A stretch of 64,000 bases of DNA, taken from positions 832,001-896,000 of the forward strand of contig OZ241875.1 of NCBI GenBank assembly GCA_965203325.1, given 5' to 3'. Below are positions 10,099 through 19,386 of this stretch, piece after piece. The position numbers and the translations under genes are program-made. The notes under the pieces are model-generated. The model searched no databases and was not told the DNA's origin. It worked only from the letters and a program-made list of their open reading frames with translations. Source of the DNA: a bacterium. Lineage in GTDB: Bacteria > UBA8248. Numbering within the stretch: position 1 is the first letter of the stretch; every line of letters begins with the position of its first letter.

Positions 10099-11625
10099 TC
10101 AAGATGTTTCCTTTTCCAGGGGTTTCAGCCCGAACGAGAAGAACAGGAGCGCCATGAGCAAATAGCCGATAGCTATGCCGGGCGCCGCCCCCCAGCCGAA
10201 GAAGCTGACGACGCCGCCGGGCGTGATTCGCCAGGCGTGGATGACCCCGAACCAGCTCAATACCGCGCCGGCCAGCGCCCATCCTCCCGCCTGTTTCGGC
10301 TCCTTGTCCACAAGTTTGGCCACGATGGCGGTCATGATGATGGACGTGAAAAGAAAACCGCGCTCCAAAGTGACCATCCCGACGAGGTGGAATCCCGCCT
10401 TGGCGAACGCATCCTGCCCCACTTTCCACAAGTTCGTGCCCGCTCCCCTTAAGGAGGATTCCACCATCAGCAGACCCCACGCGGCGATGGCGGGTATCAA
10501 GCCGATGGCCACGGCCGGCCCGTGATTCTTCGGTACGGCCTGGAATGCCTGGGTGAGCATCATCACCCCGATCCATAGCATGAGGGCGAAGAGCGCCTCG
10601 CCCGGAATGATCTTGGAAAGCGCCGCTATCGAGCCGGTGAGGCAAAGGATCGTCATCACGACCCCGTTCATGGCGCTATAGCCGGAGCGCGCCCCGACTG
10701 CCTTCCAGGCAGGGTGTCCGATATATATGGTCGTGGGAAAACAACTGCCCAGACACGCCGCGAGAAGCGATCCTGCGCCGTTCACCGCCAGGGAACTGCC
10801 CGTATCGAAATTGTCTCCGCCCGCAGACGCGCTTTCGAGGCACATCAGGCTGCCGACAAGCGTCATCAGGCCCATGGGGATGGAAACCGCGAGGTAATCC
10901 CAGGCCAGCGGGCCGAAGAGAGCGTCTGACAAAGGACCGAAGGCGAAGGATGGAAGCGCAAGACCCACAGGCGCGGGGATGCCGCCCGGAAATCCTCTGA
11001 TGACGGCGGAGAGCACCACTCCCACAGCCACCGCCACGAGGCCGCCGGGCACACCGAAGGGGAACCGGAATCCGCCGAAATAATGGATCAGGATGATTCC
11101 CAGCGGGATCATGGAGAGGAGCGGATTCTCCCAGATTCTGAACGCGAAATCCATGGCGATGAACGTGAGCGCGATGCCTCCCAGTGCGGAGAGCAGGGCG
11201 GCCCTCGGCGCGACCCGCCTGATCCACCCGCCCGCCAGCGCACCGACGGTCTCGATCACCCCGCTCACGAAACAGGCCGCCATACCCGCCTTCCAGGCAG
11301 CCTCGGCGCTTCCGGTCTTGAGTTTCACCGGCAGCATGACGAAGAAGATAAATGCGAAAAGCGTCACCGTGTTCAGGCCGTAGGGCATGGCGGTCACGTC
11401 GTCGCGGCCCTCGCGCGCGGCCAGTCGCCGCGCCTGCCAGGTGTAGAAAAGATTTCCGCCGAGGAGGCTCAGCGCCGCTGCGGGCAACACGCGCCCGAAG
11501 ATGAGCGAATCGGGAAAACCCAGCAGCCCTTTCAAGAAGCTCACGATGAGAAGAAGGTTGATGAGGTTGTCCATCCACAGGCCGAAGAAGCCGTCCACAT
11601 CGCCCTTCACGAACCATTTGGACAT
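10099..11625 (-). CDS. NCS2/AzgA-like permease
   Basis: GDVDGFFGL, VTAMPYG, ESASAGGD, PTTIYIGHPAWK; many TM helices. Confidence 0.85.
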   Translation of the reverse strand: MSKWFVKGDVDGFFGLWMDNLINLLLIVSFLKGLLGFPDSLIFGRVLPAAALSLLGGNLFYTWQARRLAAREGRDDVTAMPYGLNTVTLFAFIFFVMLPVKLKTGSAEAAWKAGMAACFVSGVIETVGALAGGWIRRVAPRAALLSALGGIALTFIAMDFAFRIWENPLLSMIPLGIILIHYFGGFRFPFGVPGGLVAVAVGVVLSAVIRGFPGGIPAPVGLALPSFAFGPLSDALFGPLAWDYLAVSIPMGLMTLVGSLMCLESASAGGDNFDTGSSLAVNGAGSLLAACLGSCFPTTIYIGHPAWKAVGARSGYSAMNGVVMTILCLTGSIAALSKIIPGEALFALMLWIGVMMLTQAFQAVPKNHGPAVAIGLIPAIAAWGLLMVESSLRGAGTNLWKVGQDAFAKAGFHLVGMVTLERGFLFTSIIMTAIVAKLVDKEPKQAGGWALAGAVLSWFGVIHAWRITPGGVVSFFGWGAAPGIAIGYLLMALLFFSFGLKPLEKETS

Positions 11626-11801
11626 CGGGGTCTCCCCGTTCAGGGTTAAAAACGTCAATCCAGGCGCGCCGCGCCCTCGGGATAGTAAAACACGCGGGCT
11701 TTTTCGCCAAAGCGCGCGGGGCAGTTTTTCTCATCGAGATCGTTTTGATATGCTCCATCCATATACAAAAATCACTTTCGCGTTCACTCGGGAGAAAAGC
11801 G

Positions 11802-12554
11802 ATGGAAGCTGTCAAGGTCTACACGCGGCACGGGTGATACACCTGCGCCCTTACGAGAGAGTTTCTCTCGTCCAGCGGTTTGGAAGTCGTCAACCGGGAC
11901 TGTACGAACGACGCCGAGGCGCAGGCGGAATTGAAAGCACTCGGCATCAAGTCCCTGCCCGTCGCCGTACGCGGAGAGAACGTGGTGGTGGGCTATGACG
12001 TGGATGCGCTTCGCGAGGCCTTCGGCATCGAAGGGGAAGGCGCAGGCCCCCTCTCGTCCGAAAAGATGCTCCACTACTTCGAGATGGTATTCGACGCCCT
12101 GCGCCGCGTAGTCCGCCAGATTCCGCACGAAACCCTCGACTGGATATCTCCCGGCAGACCCCGCTCGCTTCGCCAGCTCACCTGGCACAGCTTCGAGCGT
12201 CCGGACCTGGTGATGCAGGCCCACGCATCGGGCGAATACACCGAGGAGATGGTGCGCCGGTATGAAACGATGGCGGACGATTACGATACCACCGAGGACA
12301 TTTGCGCCTATGGAGATGAAATTCAGGCCAGACTCACCGAATTCCTCACGGACGGCGGCGAGGCGCTCGCCAAGAAAGTATCGAGCTATATGGGGCCCAT
12401 CACCGTCCATGAACTGATGATCCTCTCCCTGGGACACGCCTTTCAGCATTTGCGGCAAACCTATCACTATTTCGGGATGCTGGAGATGGAGCCGGAAAAC
12501 CCGCTCAGGCCCGAGGATTACGAGGAAGTGCCCGTGCCCAAGGATCTGTTCTAG
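11802..12554 (+). CDS. Selenoprotein: glutaredoxin/NrdH-like domain (UxxC) fused to DinB-like domain
   Basis: GGAG RBS 11791, ATG 11802, reads MEAVKVYTRHG-TGA(11835)-YTCALTREFL in frame with ORF 11880..12554; SLPV cis-Pro motif and VVGYD of the Grx fold; TWH and GHAFQHLRQ histidines of the DinB fold. Confidence 0.85.
11853..11871 (+). promoter_or_regulatory. Candidate bacterial SECIS element
   Basis: Perfect 8-bp stem ACGAGAGA-GTT-TCTCTCGT with G-containing apical loop 23 nt downstream of the in-frame TGA. Confidence 0.65.
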
Positions 12555-12585
12555 ACCATACCTGAACCCACAAGGAGGCTGTCTG

Positions 12586-13863
12586 ATGCCCTCGAAAGAC
12601 ACGTTCCCCTTCCGCGCGAACCGCGACCGCATGAGGCGTGAGTTCAACGCCCAGGCGAAGATCGGCAAATACGGAAAAACGGGCCTGGATCGCGTGGCCT
12701 TCACACCGGTCTACAATGAGGTGCGCGACCTCGCCGAGGGCTGGATGAAGGCGGCGGGCCTCAAGACGCGCGTCGACGCCGTGGGCAACCTCTACGGAAG
12801 AAAAGAGGGCCGCGTGCGCGGGCTTCCCGCCGTGATGGCGGGCTCCCACCTCGATTCCCAAAGCCCGGGCGGACGATTCGACGGCCCCGCCGGCGTTCTC
12901 ACCGCTTTGGAAGCGTTCCGCCGCATCAATGAGACGGGAATCTCCCACGATCACCCCATCGAGATAGTGGCCTTCGTGGGGGAGGAATCCGCGTGCGGGA
13001 TGACGGTGTTCGGGAGCAGCGTCGCCACGGGCGTCGTGGGCGTGAAGGACTTGAAGAACACGGTGCATCCGCCCAGCGGAAAATCGCTCTATGAGGCCAT
13101 CGAGGCGGTGGGCGGGAGTCCTGCGCGCGTCCGCTCGTGCCGTATCAAGGAGGGCTCGCTCAAGGCATTTCTGGAGCTTCATATCGAGCAGGGCCCCGTG
13201 CTCGAATCGGCCGAAGTCCCCATCGGCATCGTGGACAGGGTGGTGGGATACACGAGAGGGGAGGTGCATTTCACGGGCGTCACGGCGCACTCGGGCGGAC
13301 AGCCCATGCCCTACCGCAAGGACGCGGGCATCGCTGCGGCGGACTTCATGGTGCGCATGGAAAACCTCGTGAACCGCGCGCCCGACTCCCAGCGCGTCAC
13401 GATCACTTTTGGGGAGATGGAGGCGCATCCAGGGTGGGTGTCCATCGTGCCCGGAGGCGCGAGGCTATCCTTTGATCTCAGAAGCAGAAGCCAGGCGGTA
13501 ATGGAGCGCATCCTCGGGCGGATGGAAAAGACCCTCTCCGCCATCGAGAAGGAACGCGGCGTAAAGGGCCGTCTGGCCGACGTGAAGAAGCTGGCCGTCT
13601 GCCCCGCTTCGAACAACATTCAAAAGGCGCTCCGGCGCGCATCCAAAGAAACGGGCCACGCTTCGCTTACGCTGTCGAGCGGCGGGGTGCACGACGCCTG
13701 CCGCATGGCGGAGATTTGCCCGATGGGCATGGTGTTCATCCCCTCGGTGGGCGGTCTCTCGCACACGCCCGAGGAGTTCACGCACTTCGACGACATGGTG
13801 AAGGGTGCGGAAATCCTCGCCTCCGCCATCACGCATCTGTCCAACGAGAAGGTGAAGGCGTAA
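12586..13863 (+). CDS. M20 Zn-dependent amidohydrolase (allantoate amidohydrolase/N-carbamoylase family)
   Basis: GSHLDS, GRFDG, GEES, ELHIEQGP, GGVHDA, GLSH motifs. Confidence 0.9.
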   Translation: MPSKDTFPFRANRDRMRREFNAQAKIGKYGKTGLDRVAFTPVYNEVRDLAEGWMKAAGLKTRVDAVGNLYGRKEGRVRGLPAVMAGSHLDSQSPGGRFDGPAGVLTALEAFRRINETGISHDHPIEIVAFVGEESACGMTVFGSSVATGVVGVKDLKNTVHPPSGKSLYEAIEAVGGSPARVRSCRIKEGSLKAFLELHIEQGPVLESAEVPIGIVDRVVGYTRGEVHFTGVTAHSGGQPMPYRKDAGIAAADFMVRMENLVNRAPDSQRVTITFGEMEAHPGWVSIVPGGARLSFDLRSRSQAVMERILGRMEKTLSAIEKERGVKGRLADVKKLAVCPASNNIQKALRRASKETGHASLTLSSGGVHDACRMAEICPMGMVFIPSVGGLSHTPEEFTHFDDMVKGAEILASAITHLSNEKVKA

Positions 13864-14150
13864 GGCGACAAGTCAACATTACACGTACTTTCCCAGGCAT
13901 TTCACCGTTCAGTGATGCGCTGGTCCTCCCAGGTTGATCCGTCGCACCTGCTCGAAAGAGATGCGACCCTTCACCGTACTTTCCCTCTGAAATCCTTTAT
14001 TTATTATGGAGTTATTGTGAAGCGGGTTGTTTTGTGGTAAATTTCGCCGCCGAATCAATGAAATGGAAGTGTGAATTTGTTGCCGCACCTCGTGCGGCGT
14101 GGCGTCTCGAAACGACAAACTCTACAGTTGAAATCGAGAGGGAGAAAAAA

Positions 14151-15410
14151 ATGGGCAGGATAATCAGGCACGTTATTTTCGGGTTTGCGCTGCTCCTCGC
14201 AGTGAGCATCGCCTTCACGCCTGCGGCGCAGGCGGCCAAGGAAGTGAAGATAGGCTTCAGCATGGCGCTGACCGGACCGCTCGGCCCCGCGGGCAAAGCG
14301 GCGCTTCTGGCCATGCAGATCTGGCGCGACGACGTGAACGCCAAGGGCGGACTGCTCGGCCGCAAGGTCAAGCTGGTCTATTACGATGATCAGACCAAGC
14401 CGGCCAACGTACCGGGCATCTACGCCAAGCTGCTCGACGTGGACAAGGTGGACTTCATCGTATCGGGCTACGGGACGAACCTCATCGTTCCCGCGCTGCC
14501 CATCGCGATGGAGCGCGGCATGGTGTTCATGGGCCTGTTCGGCCTCGACGCGAACGCGAAGTTCAAATACAACAACTACTTCCAGATCATGCCGGCCGGC
14601 CCCGACCCCATCGTGGACTGGTCGCGCGGCTTCTTCGAACTCGCCGCGAAGCAAAAGCCCCGTCCCAAGACGATAGCGCTGCTCTCGGCGGATGCGGAAT
14701 TCGCGCGCAACGCCGTGGCCGGCGCCCGCCGGAACGCGAAGAAATTCGGCTTCAAGATCGTCTACGACAAGCGCTACCCCTTCCCCGGCACGACCGACTT
14801 CACGCCGATTCTTCGCGCGGTCAAGGCCGCGAACCCGGATCTCTTCTACGTTGGCTCCTATCCGGGCGGTTCGGTGGGCATCGTGAAGGCCGCACATGAG
14901 ATCAAACTGGAACCCAAGCTCTTCGGCGGCGGCATGGTGGGACTTCAGTACACCGCCATCCAGATGAACCTCGGCAAACTGCTGAACGGCATCACGGACT
15001 ACTGGTTCTGGGCGCCGGAGAAGACCCTGAAGTTCCCCGGCATCGAGGCATTCCTGGCGAAATACCAGAAAGAAGCGCCCAAGCAGAAACTCGACCCGCT
15101 GGGCTACTACCTGCCGCCGTTCGCCTACGCCTACGTGCAGTTGCTCGGAAATGCGATCGAGGCCACCAAGAGCTTCGATCAGGCGAAGATCGGCGCCTAC
15201 ATCCGCAACAACACCCATTCGACCGTGGTCGGAGACGTGAAGTTCGGAAAGAACGGCGAATGGGCGACTTCCCGGACGTTCCAGGTTCAACTGCAGAACA
15301 TCCAGAGCAACAAGATGAGCGAGTTCAGCAAAGCAGGAAAGATGGTGGTGGTGTATCCCGAGGAGTTCAAGTCCGGAAACTTCATCTACCCATACGCGAA
15401 GGGCAAGTAA
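14151..15410 (+). CDS. HAAT ABC transporter substrate-binding protein
   Basis: Signal peptide, KIGFSMALTG, VNAKGGLLGRKV, YDDQT. Confidence 0.9.
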   Translation: MGRIIRHVIFGFALLLAVSIAFTPAAQAAKEVKIGFSMALTGPLGPAGKAALLAMQIWRDDVNAKGGLLGRKVKLVYYDDQTKPANVPGIYAKLLDVDKVDFIVSGYGTNLIVPALPIAMERGMVFMGLFGLDANAKFKYNNYFQIMPAGPDPIVDWSRGFFELAAKQKPRPKTIALLSADAEFARNAVAGARRNAKKFGFKIVYDKRYPFPGTTDFTPILRAVKAANPDLFYVGSYPGGSVGIVKAAHEIKLEPKLFGGGMVGLQYTAIQMNLGKLLNGITDYWFWAPEKTLKFPGIEAFLAKYQKEAPKQKLDPLGYYLPPFAYAYVQLLGNAIEATKSFDQAKIGAYIRNNTHSTVVGDVKFGKNGEWATSRTFQVQLQNIQSNKMSEFSKAGKMVVVYPEEFKSGNFIYPYAKGK

Positions 15411-15430
15411 CGAACCGGACATAATACCGC

Positions 15431-15455
15431 GACCGGGGGGCGACGCCCCCCGGTC
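15431..15455 (+). terminator. Intercistronic GC-rich hairpin
   Basis: GACCGGGGGGCG-A-CGCCCCCCGGTC directly after the SBP gene; no U tract. Confidence 0.5.
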
Positions 15456-15484
15456 CGCGTCCGGCTCGCGGGAGGAGAGCATCC

Positions 15485-16357
15485 ATGCTCAGCATCGAAT
15501 TCTTGTTGAACGCGCTCGTCGCGGGCCTCCTGCTGGGAGGCTTCTACGCCGCGATGAGCGCCGGGCTTTCGCTCTCCTTCGGTTTGCTGGACGTCGTGAA
15601 CATCGCTCATCCGGCCTTCATCATTTTCGGCTCCTATCTGACCTTCTATGTGAACGAGCACTTCGGGTTCGACCCGATACTCGCGGGCCTCGTCTTCGCG
15701 GTTCCCTCCTATTTTCTGGGCGTCGCGGTATATCGAATCTACTACAACTGCTTTGAAAAAACGGGAGCGGAATCCCTGCGCGGACTGGTGTTCTTCTTCG
15801 GACTCTTTTTCCTCATCGAGGTCATTCTCATCATCACCTTCGGGGTGGATTACCGCCTCGTCCGCGCGTTCTACATCGGCAAGTCCACCTCCATCGGCTC
15901 GGTGGGAATCGCCTACCGGCTGTTCGTACCCTTCCTCGTGGGGGGAATACTCGCCGCCGTCCTGTACCTGTTTCTCACAAAAACCTTTTTCGGGCGCGCC
16001 ATCATGGGCGTGGCGCAGGACAGCCTCGCCGTCCAGTTGATGGGGGTCGACCCCATCCGCATCAAGACGGTCGCCTTCGGCATCGGCATCGCCACCGCCG
16101 TGATCGCAGGCTCCCTGCTCATCATCATCGGTCCGGTCGAGCCGACCATCGGGCGCGAATACATCGGCCGCGTGTTCGCGGTCACCGTGCTCGGCGGGCT
16201 CGGCAGCATGACGGGCACGCTCGTGGGCGGGCTCATCCTGGGCGTCGCGGAGAGCTTCACCTCTTCATTCTTCGGCCCCTCGTGGGCGCTGGCCGTCTCG
16301 TTCGGCATTCTGCTCATCTGCCTGGCGGTACGGCCGTCCGGCCTGTTCGGGAGGTAG
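15485..16357 (+). CDS. livH: HAAT ABC permease, LivH-type
   Basis: GLSLSFGLLDVVNIAH, VLGGLGS. Confidence 0.85.
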   Translation: MLSIEFLLNALVAGLLLGGFYAAMSAGLSLSFGLLDVVNIAHPAFIIFGSYLTFYVNEHFGFDPILAGLVFAVPSYFLGVAVYRIYYNCFEKTGAESLRGLVFFFGLFFLIEVILIITFGVDYRLVRAFYIGKSTSIGSVGIAYRLFVPFLVGGILAAVLYLFLTKTFFGRAIMGVAQDSLAVQLMGVDPIRIKTVAFGIGIATAVIAGSLLIIIGPVEPTIGREYIGRVFAVTVLGGLGSMTGTLVGGLILGVAESFTSSFFGPSWALAVSFGILLICLAVRPSGLFGR

Positions 16358-16361
16358 CTCC

Positions 16362-17321
16362 TTGAGTAAGGAAAGGAAGCTCTTCCTGATCGTGGCCGCC
16401 GTACTGATCGTCGGTTCTTTCCTCATCACGACCCAGATGGAAAACCGCTTCTATTACAAGGCGGCCTACGTCGTGTTGCAGTACGTCGTCCTGGCCACCG
16501 CGTGGAACATCCTGGGCGGCTACACCGGCTACGTGAACTTCGGCACGGCGGCGTTTTTCGCCATGGGCGCCTATACCGCCGTCGCGCTCATCAAGACCTG
16601 GAAGCCGCCCCTCTACGTGCTGCTCGTCATGGGCGGCCTCGTCTCGGGCCTTCTGGGACTCGGCATCGGCTACCTGACCTTGAGGCTCAAGGGCGTGTTC
16701 TTCTCCATCGCCACGCTGGCGCTGGCCGTCGTGCTCCAGATGATCATCTCGAACTGGAGCTATGTGGGCGGGGGCGCCGGCACGGCCATCCTGAAGCCCA
16801 GGAGCGTGCCGATGTTCTCGAACTACGACGAGTTCCTCTTCTTCGTCATGGCGGCGCTCGCCGTGGTCTCCGTGGCCGTCGCCTGGCTCATCGAGAAATC
16901 CTGGGTCGGGCGGGGAATGGCCGCCATCCGCGACAACGAGGAGGCGGCCGAGTGCATGGGCGTGCCCATCCTCAAGCTCAAGCTGTTCGCCACCACGGTG
17001 AGCGGCGCGCTGATGGGAATCGCGGGCGCGCCGTTTTCCTATTTCGTCGTCTATATCGAACCCACCTCGGCCTTTCACCTCGACTACGCCGTGAACAGCC
17101 TCGCCATGCCCATGATCGGCGGCACCACCACCTGGCTGGGCCCGCTGGTCGGCGCGGTTCTCGTCGGCACGGCCCAGCAGATTGCCACCGTCACCCTCTC
17201 TTCGGAAATGAACCTGCTCATCGTGGGCAGCCTGCTCGTGGGCTTCGTGGTGTTCGCGCCCGACGGCCTCGTGGGCCTGTTCGGCAAGATTCGCGCGCGC
17301 CTGGCGGGGAGGGAGGCGTAA
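16362..17321 (+). CDS. livM: HAAT ABC permease, LivM-type
   Basis: WNILGGYTGYVNFG, LRLKGVFFSIATLA, AIRDNEEAA. Confidence 0.85.
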   Translation: MSKERKLFLIVAAVLIVGSFLITTQMENRFYYKAAYVVLQYVVLATAWNILGGYTGYVNFGTAAFFAMGAYTAVALIKTWKPPLYVLLVMGGLVSGLLGLGIGYLTLRLKGVFFSIATLALAVVLQMIISNWSYVGGGAGTAILKPRSVPMFSNYDEFLFFVMAALAVVSVAVAWLIEKSWVGRGMAAIRDNEEAAECMGVPILKLKLFATTVSGALMGIAGAPFSYFVVYIEPTSAFHLDYAVNSLAMPMIGGTTTWLGPLVGAVLVGTAQQIATVTLSSEMNLLIVGSLLVGFVVFAPDGLVGLFGKIRARLAGREA

Positions 17322-18046
17322 TGAGCGAAAACCTCCTCGACGTGCACGGCGTCACGAAGCGCTTCGGCGGATTCAGCGCGCTCACCCGCGTGGATCTGCA
17401 CGTGAAGGAAAACGAGCGTTTCGGCCTCATCGGCCCCAACGGCTCGGGCAAGACGACGATGATCAACTGCATCTCGGGCGCTCTGGCCAACGACGAGGGA
17501 AACATCGTCTTCGCAGGACAGGACATCACCAGGATTCCCGCCTACCAGCGAACGCGCCTTGGCATCGCTCGCAGCTTCCAGATTCCCAAGCCCTTCGTCA
17601 GCATGACGGTGCTCGAGAACCTCTGCATCCCGCTCGAATACGCCGCCCACCAGCACTCCCACGGGGTGGAGCTTCGCGGCGAGGCCATGGAGATACTCGA
17701 ACTCATGAGCATGACGGACAAGGCCGACGTGCGCACCGGGGGGCTCACCCAGATCGAACTGCGAAAGCTCGAACTCGCCCGCGCCATGGCGGCCAAGCCG
17801 AAGCTCCTCATTTCGGACGAGGCCATGGCAGGTCTCTCCAACACCGAGGTGGACGACATTCTCGAAATTCTCGTGCGCCTGAACGAAGAGGGCCTCACCG
17901 TCATCATGATCGAGCACATCATGCGGGCGGTCATGAACTTCTCGGAGCGCATCGTCGTCCTCGACGCCGGCGAGAAGATCGCCGAGGGGACGCCCGATGA
18001 GATCGTCAACAACAAGGACGTGGAAAGGGCCTACCTTGGCGCATAG
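17321..18046 (+). CDS. livG: HAAT ABC ATPase, LivG-type
   Basis: GPNGSGKTT, GIARSFQ, IEHIM; ATG overlaps the upstream TAA. Confidence 0.88.
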   Translation: MSENLLDVHGVTKRFGGFSALTRVDLHVKENERFGLIGPNGSGKTTMINCISGALANDEGNIVFAGQDITRIPAYQRTRLGIARSFQIPKPFVSMTVLENLCIPLEYAAHQHSHGVELRGEAMEILELMSMTDKADVRTGGLTQIELRKLELARAMAAKPKLLISDEAMAGLSNTEVDDILEILVRLNEEGLTVIMIEHIMRAVMNFSERIVVLDAGEKIAEGTPDEIVNNKDVERAYLGA

Positions 18047-18767
18047 CATCATCGTCGACAACGTATCCGCTGGCTACGGGGCCGTGCGCGTGCTGCACGG
18101 GGTCTCCATCGAGGTGAACGACGGGGAAACCGTGGTGCTCCTGGGCACCAACGGCAACGGCAAGAGCACGCTCATCAAGTGCATCATGGGCATCATCCAG
18201 CCCGATGAGGGAGAGATTTATCTCGAAGCCGACGGCGAGCGAATCAACCTGGCAGGCCGGAATCCCGAGGAAATCGTTAACCTGGGCGTGGCGCTCGTGC
18301 CGGAGGGCAGGCGCCTGTTCCCGCGCCTGACGGTGGAGGAGAACCTCCTCCTGGGCGCCTACCGCGAAGAAGCCCGCCGCGGCATCGACAGAAACCTCGC
18401 CTTCTCCTTCGAGGCCTTCCCGGTTCTCGCCGAGCGTAAGAACCAGCTCGCGGGCAGCATGAGCGGGGGCGAGCAGCAGATGCTGGCCGTGGCCCGCGCG
18501 CTCATGTCCGCGCCCAAGGTGCTCCTGGTGGACGAGCCCTCCGTCGGCCTAGCGCCCATCCTCGTGAGCCGGGTGATCGCCAAGATCCGAGAGCTCAAAG
18601 AGGAATACCAGCTCACCGTCCTCATGGCCGAGCAGAACTTCAACCAGGCGGTCAAGATAGCGGACAGGGGCTACATCATCGTCCACGGGGAGATCGCCTT
18701 CGCGGGCGAGGACACCGAAGCCCTCGCCGGCCACGAACTCGTGAAGAAATACTACCTCGGCGCGTGA
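18036..18767 (+). CDS. livF: HAAT ABC ATPase, LivF-type
   Basis: GTNGNGKST, VPEGRRLF, MSGGEQQM, DEPSVGLAP; TTG start inferred. Confidence 0.88.
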   Translation: MAHSIIVDNVSAGYGAVRVLHGVSIEVNDGETVVLLGTNGNGKSTLIKCIMGIIQPDEGEIYLEADGERINLAGRNPEEIVNLGVALVPEGRRLFPRLTVEENLLLGAYREEARRGIDRNLAFSFEAFPVLAERKNQLAGSMSGGEQQMLAVARALMSAPKVLLVDEPSVGLAPILVSRVIAKIRELKEEYQLTVLMAEQNFNQAVKIADRGYIIVHGEIAFAGEDTEALAGHELVKKYYLGA

Positions 18768-18931
18768 GGGAGAAGCATCAACCTTCCTTAGTCACGCACC
18801 TTCCCCGATAAGCCTATCCTTCCCCGAAAGGGGCTGTTGAAAAAGACCCCAAGGGAATAGCGCTTGCGCCGCATTCCCCGCCCCGGCGCGTAATGCCTCT
18901 CTCATCCCGAGCAACCCGCCGCTCCCCGATA

Positions 18932-19055
18932 CCCCTCACCCTGAGTAGCCGCCGGAGGCGGCGTATCGAAGGGGCCTGTCCCGAGCCTGTCGAAGGGCGA
19001 AGTTTGCGCCTCCCATCCTTCGATACGGCGCTTTCGCGCCTACTCAGGATGAGGG
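18932..19055. repeat. Palindromic repeat (CCCTCACCCTGAGTAG...TATCGAAGG / CCTTCGATAC...CTACTCAGGATGAGGG)
   Basis: Imperfect inverted pair with internal GAGCCTGTCGAAGG unit. Confidence 0.7.
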
Positions 19056-19084
19056 TTTGGGGCGACCGATGAGGAAGCAAGAAT

Positions 19085-19236
19085 CACTCCCCCCTTGAGG
19101 GGGAGTCGGTGAGCAAGGGCGCAGCCCACAAGCGAACCGGTGGGGGGAGTTTTTGTTTTAGAATCATGTCCCCCCACCGATTCAGCCTTCGCACAAACCG
19201 CTCGGCTTCATCGACTCCCCCTCAAGGGGGGAGTGA
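19085..19236. repeat. REP-like paired palindrome CACTCCCCCCTTGAGGGGGAGTCG
   Basis: Inverted pair; same family recurs near 32932, 33097, 56085 and 56211. Confidence 0.8.
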
Positions 19237-19386
19237 ACTTCAAAAGCGCGCGTCCAACCAAAATCGCTCCGCGGGGCTTTTTCAACGGCCCCGGCAAGGG
19301 GGGTTGCTCCTTTGACAAAGGCTTTCCCAACGGCCCCCTAAAGCAGAGAAGCGTGAGAAGCGCCCGTTCATTCTCGCCGTATAGTC

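Larger units (their letters stand above)
18830..19292. mobile_element. MITE-like element with IS1182-type terminal inverted repeats carrying palindromic repeats
   Basis: Ends GGGGCTGTTGAAAAAG (18830) and CTTTTTCAACGGCCCC (19292) resemble the termini of the IS at 56227-57748; no transposase inside. Confidence 0.65.

Noticed and set aside
11880..12554. ORF-track start at TTG 11880, or a pseudogene call for the upstream TGA
   Set aside because: It would remove the Grx active-site strand; RBS, UxxC position and hairpin favour Sec recoding
13941..13970. Resemblance of CTCGAAAGAG to the c-di-GMP-I riboswitch P2 stem
   Set aside because: The GCAAACC and GACGCAAAG consensus segments are absent
18830..19340. 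CRISPR array interpretation of the clustered palindromes
   Set aside because: Repeats are inverted pairs with irregular spacing; no unique-spacer periodicity and no cas genes
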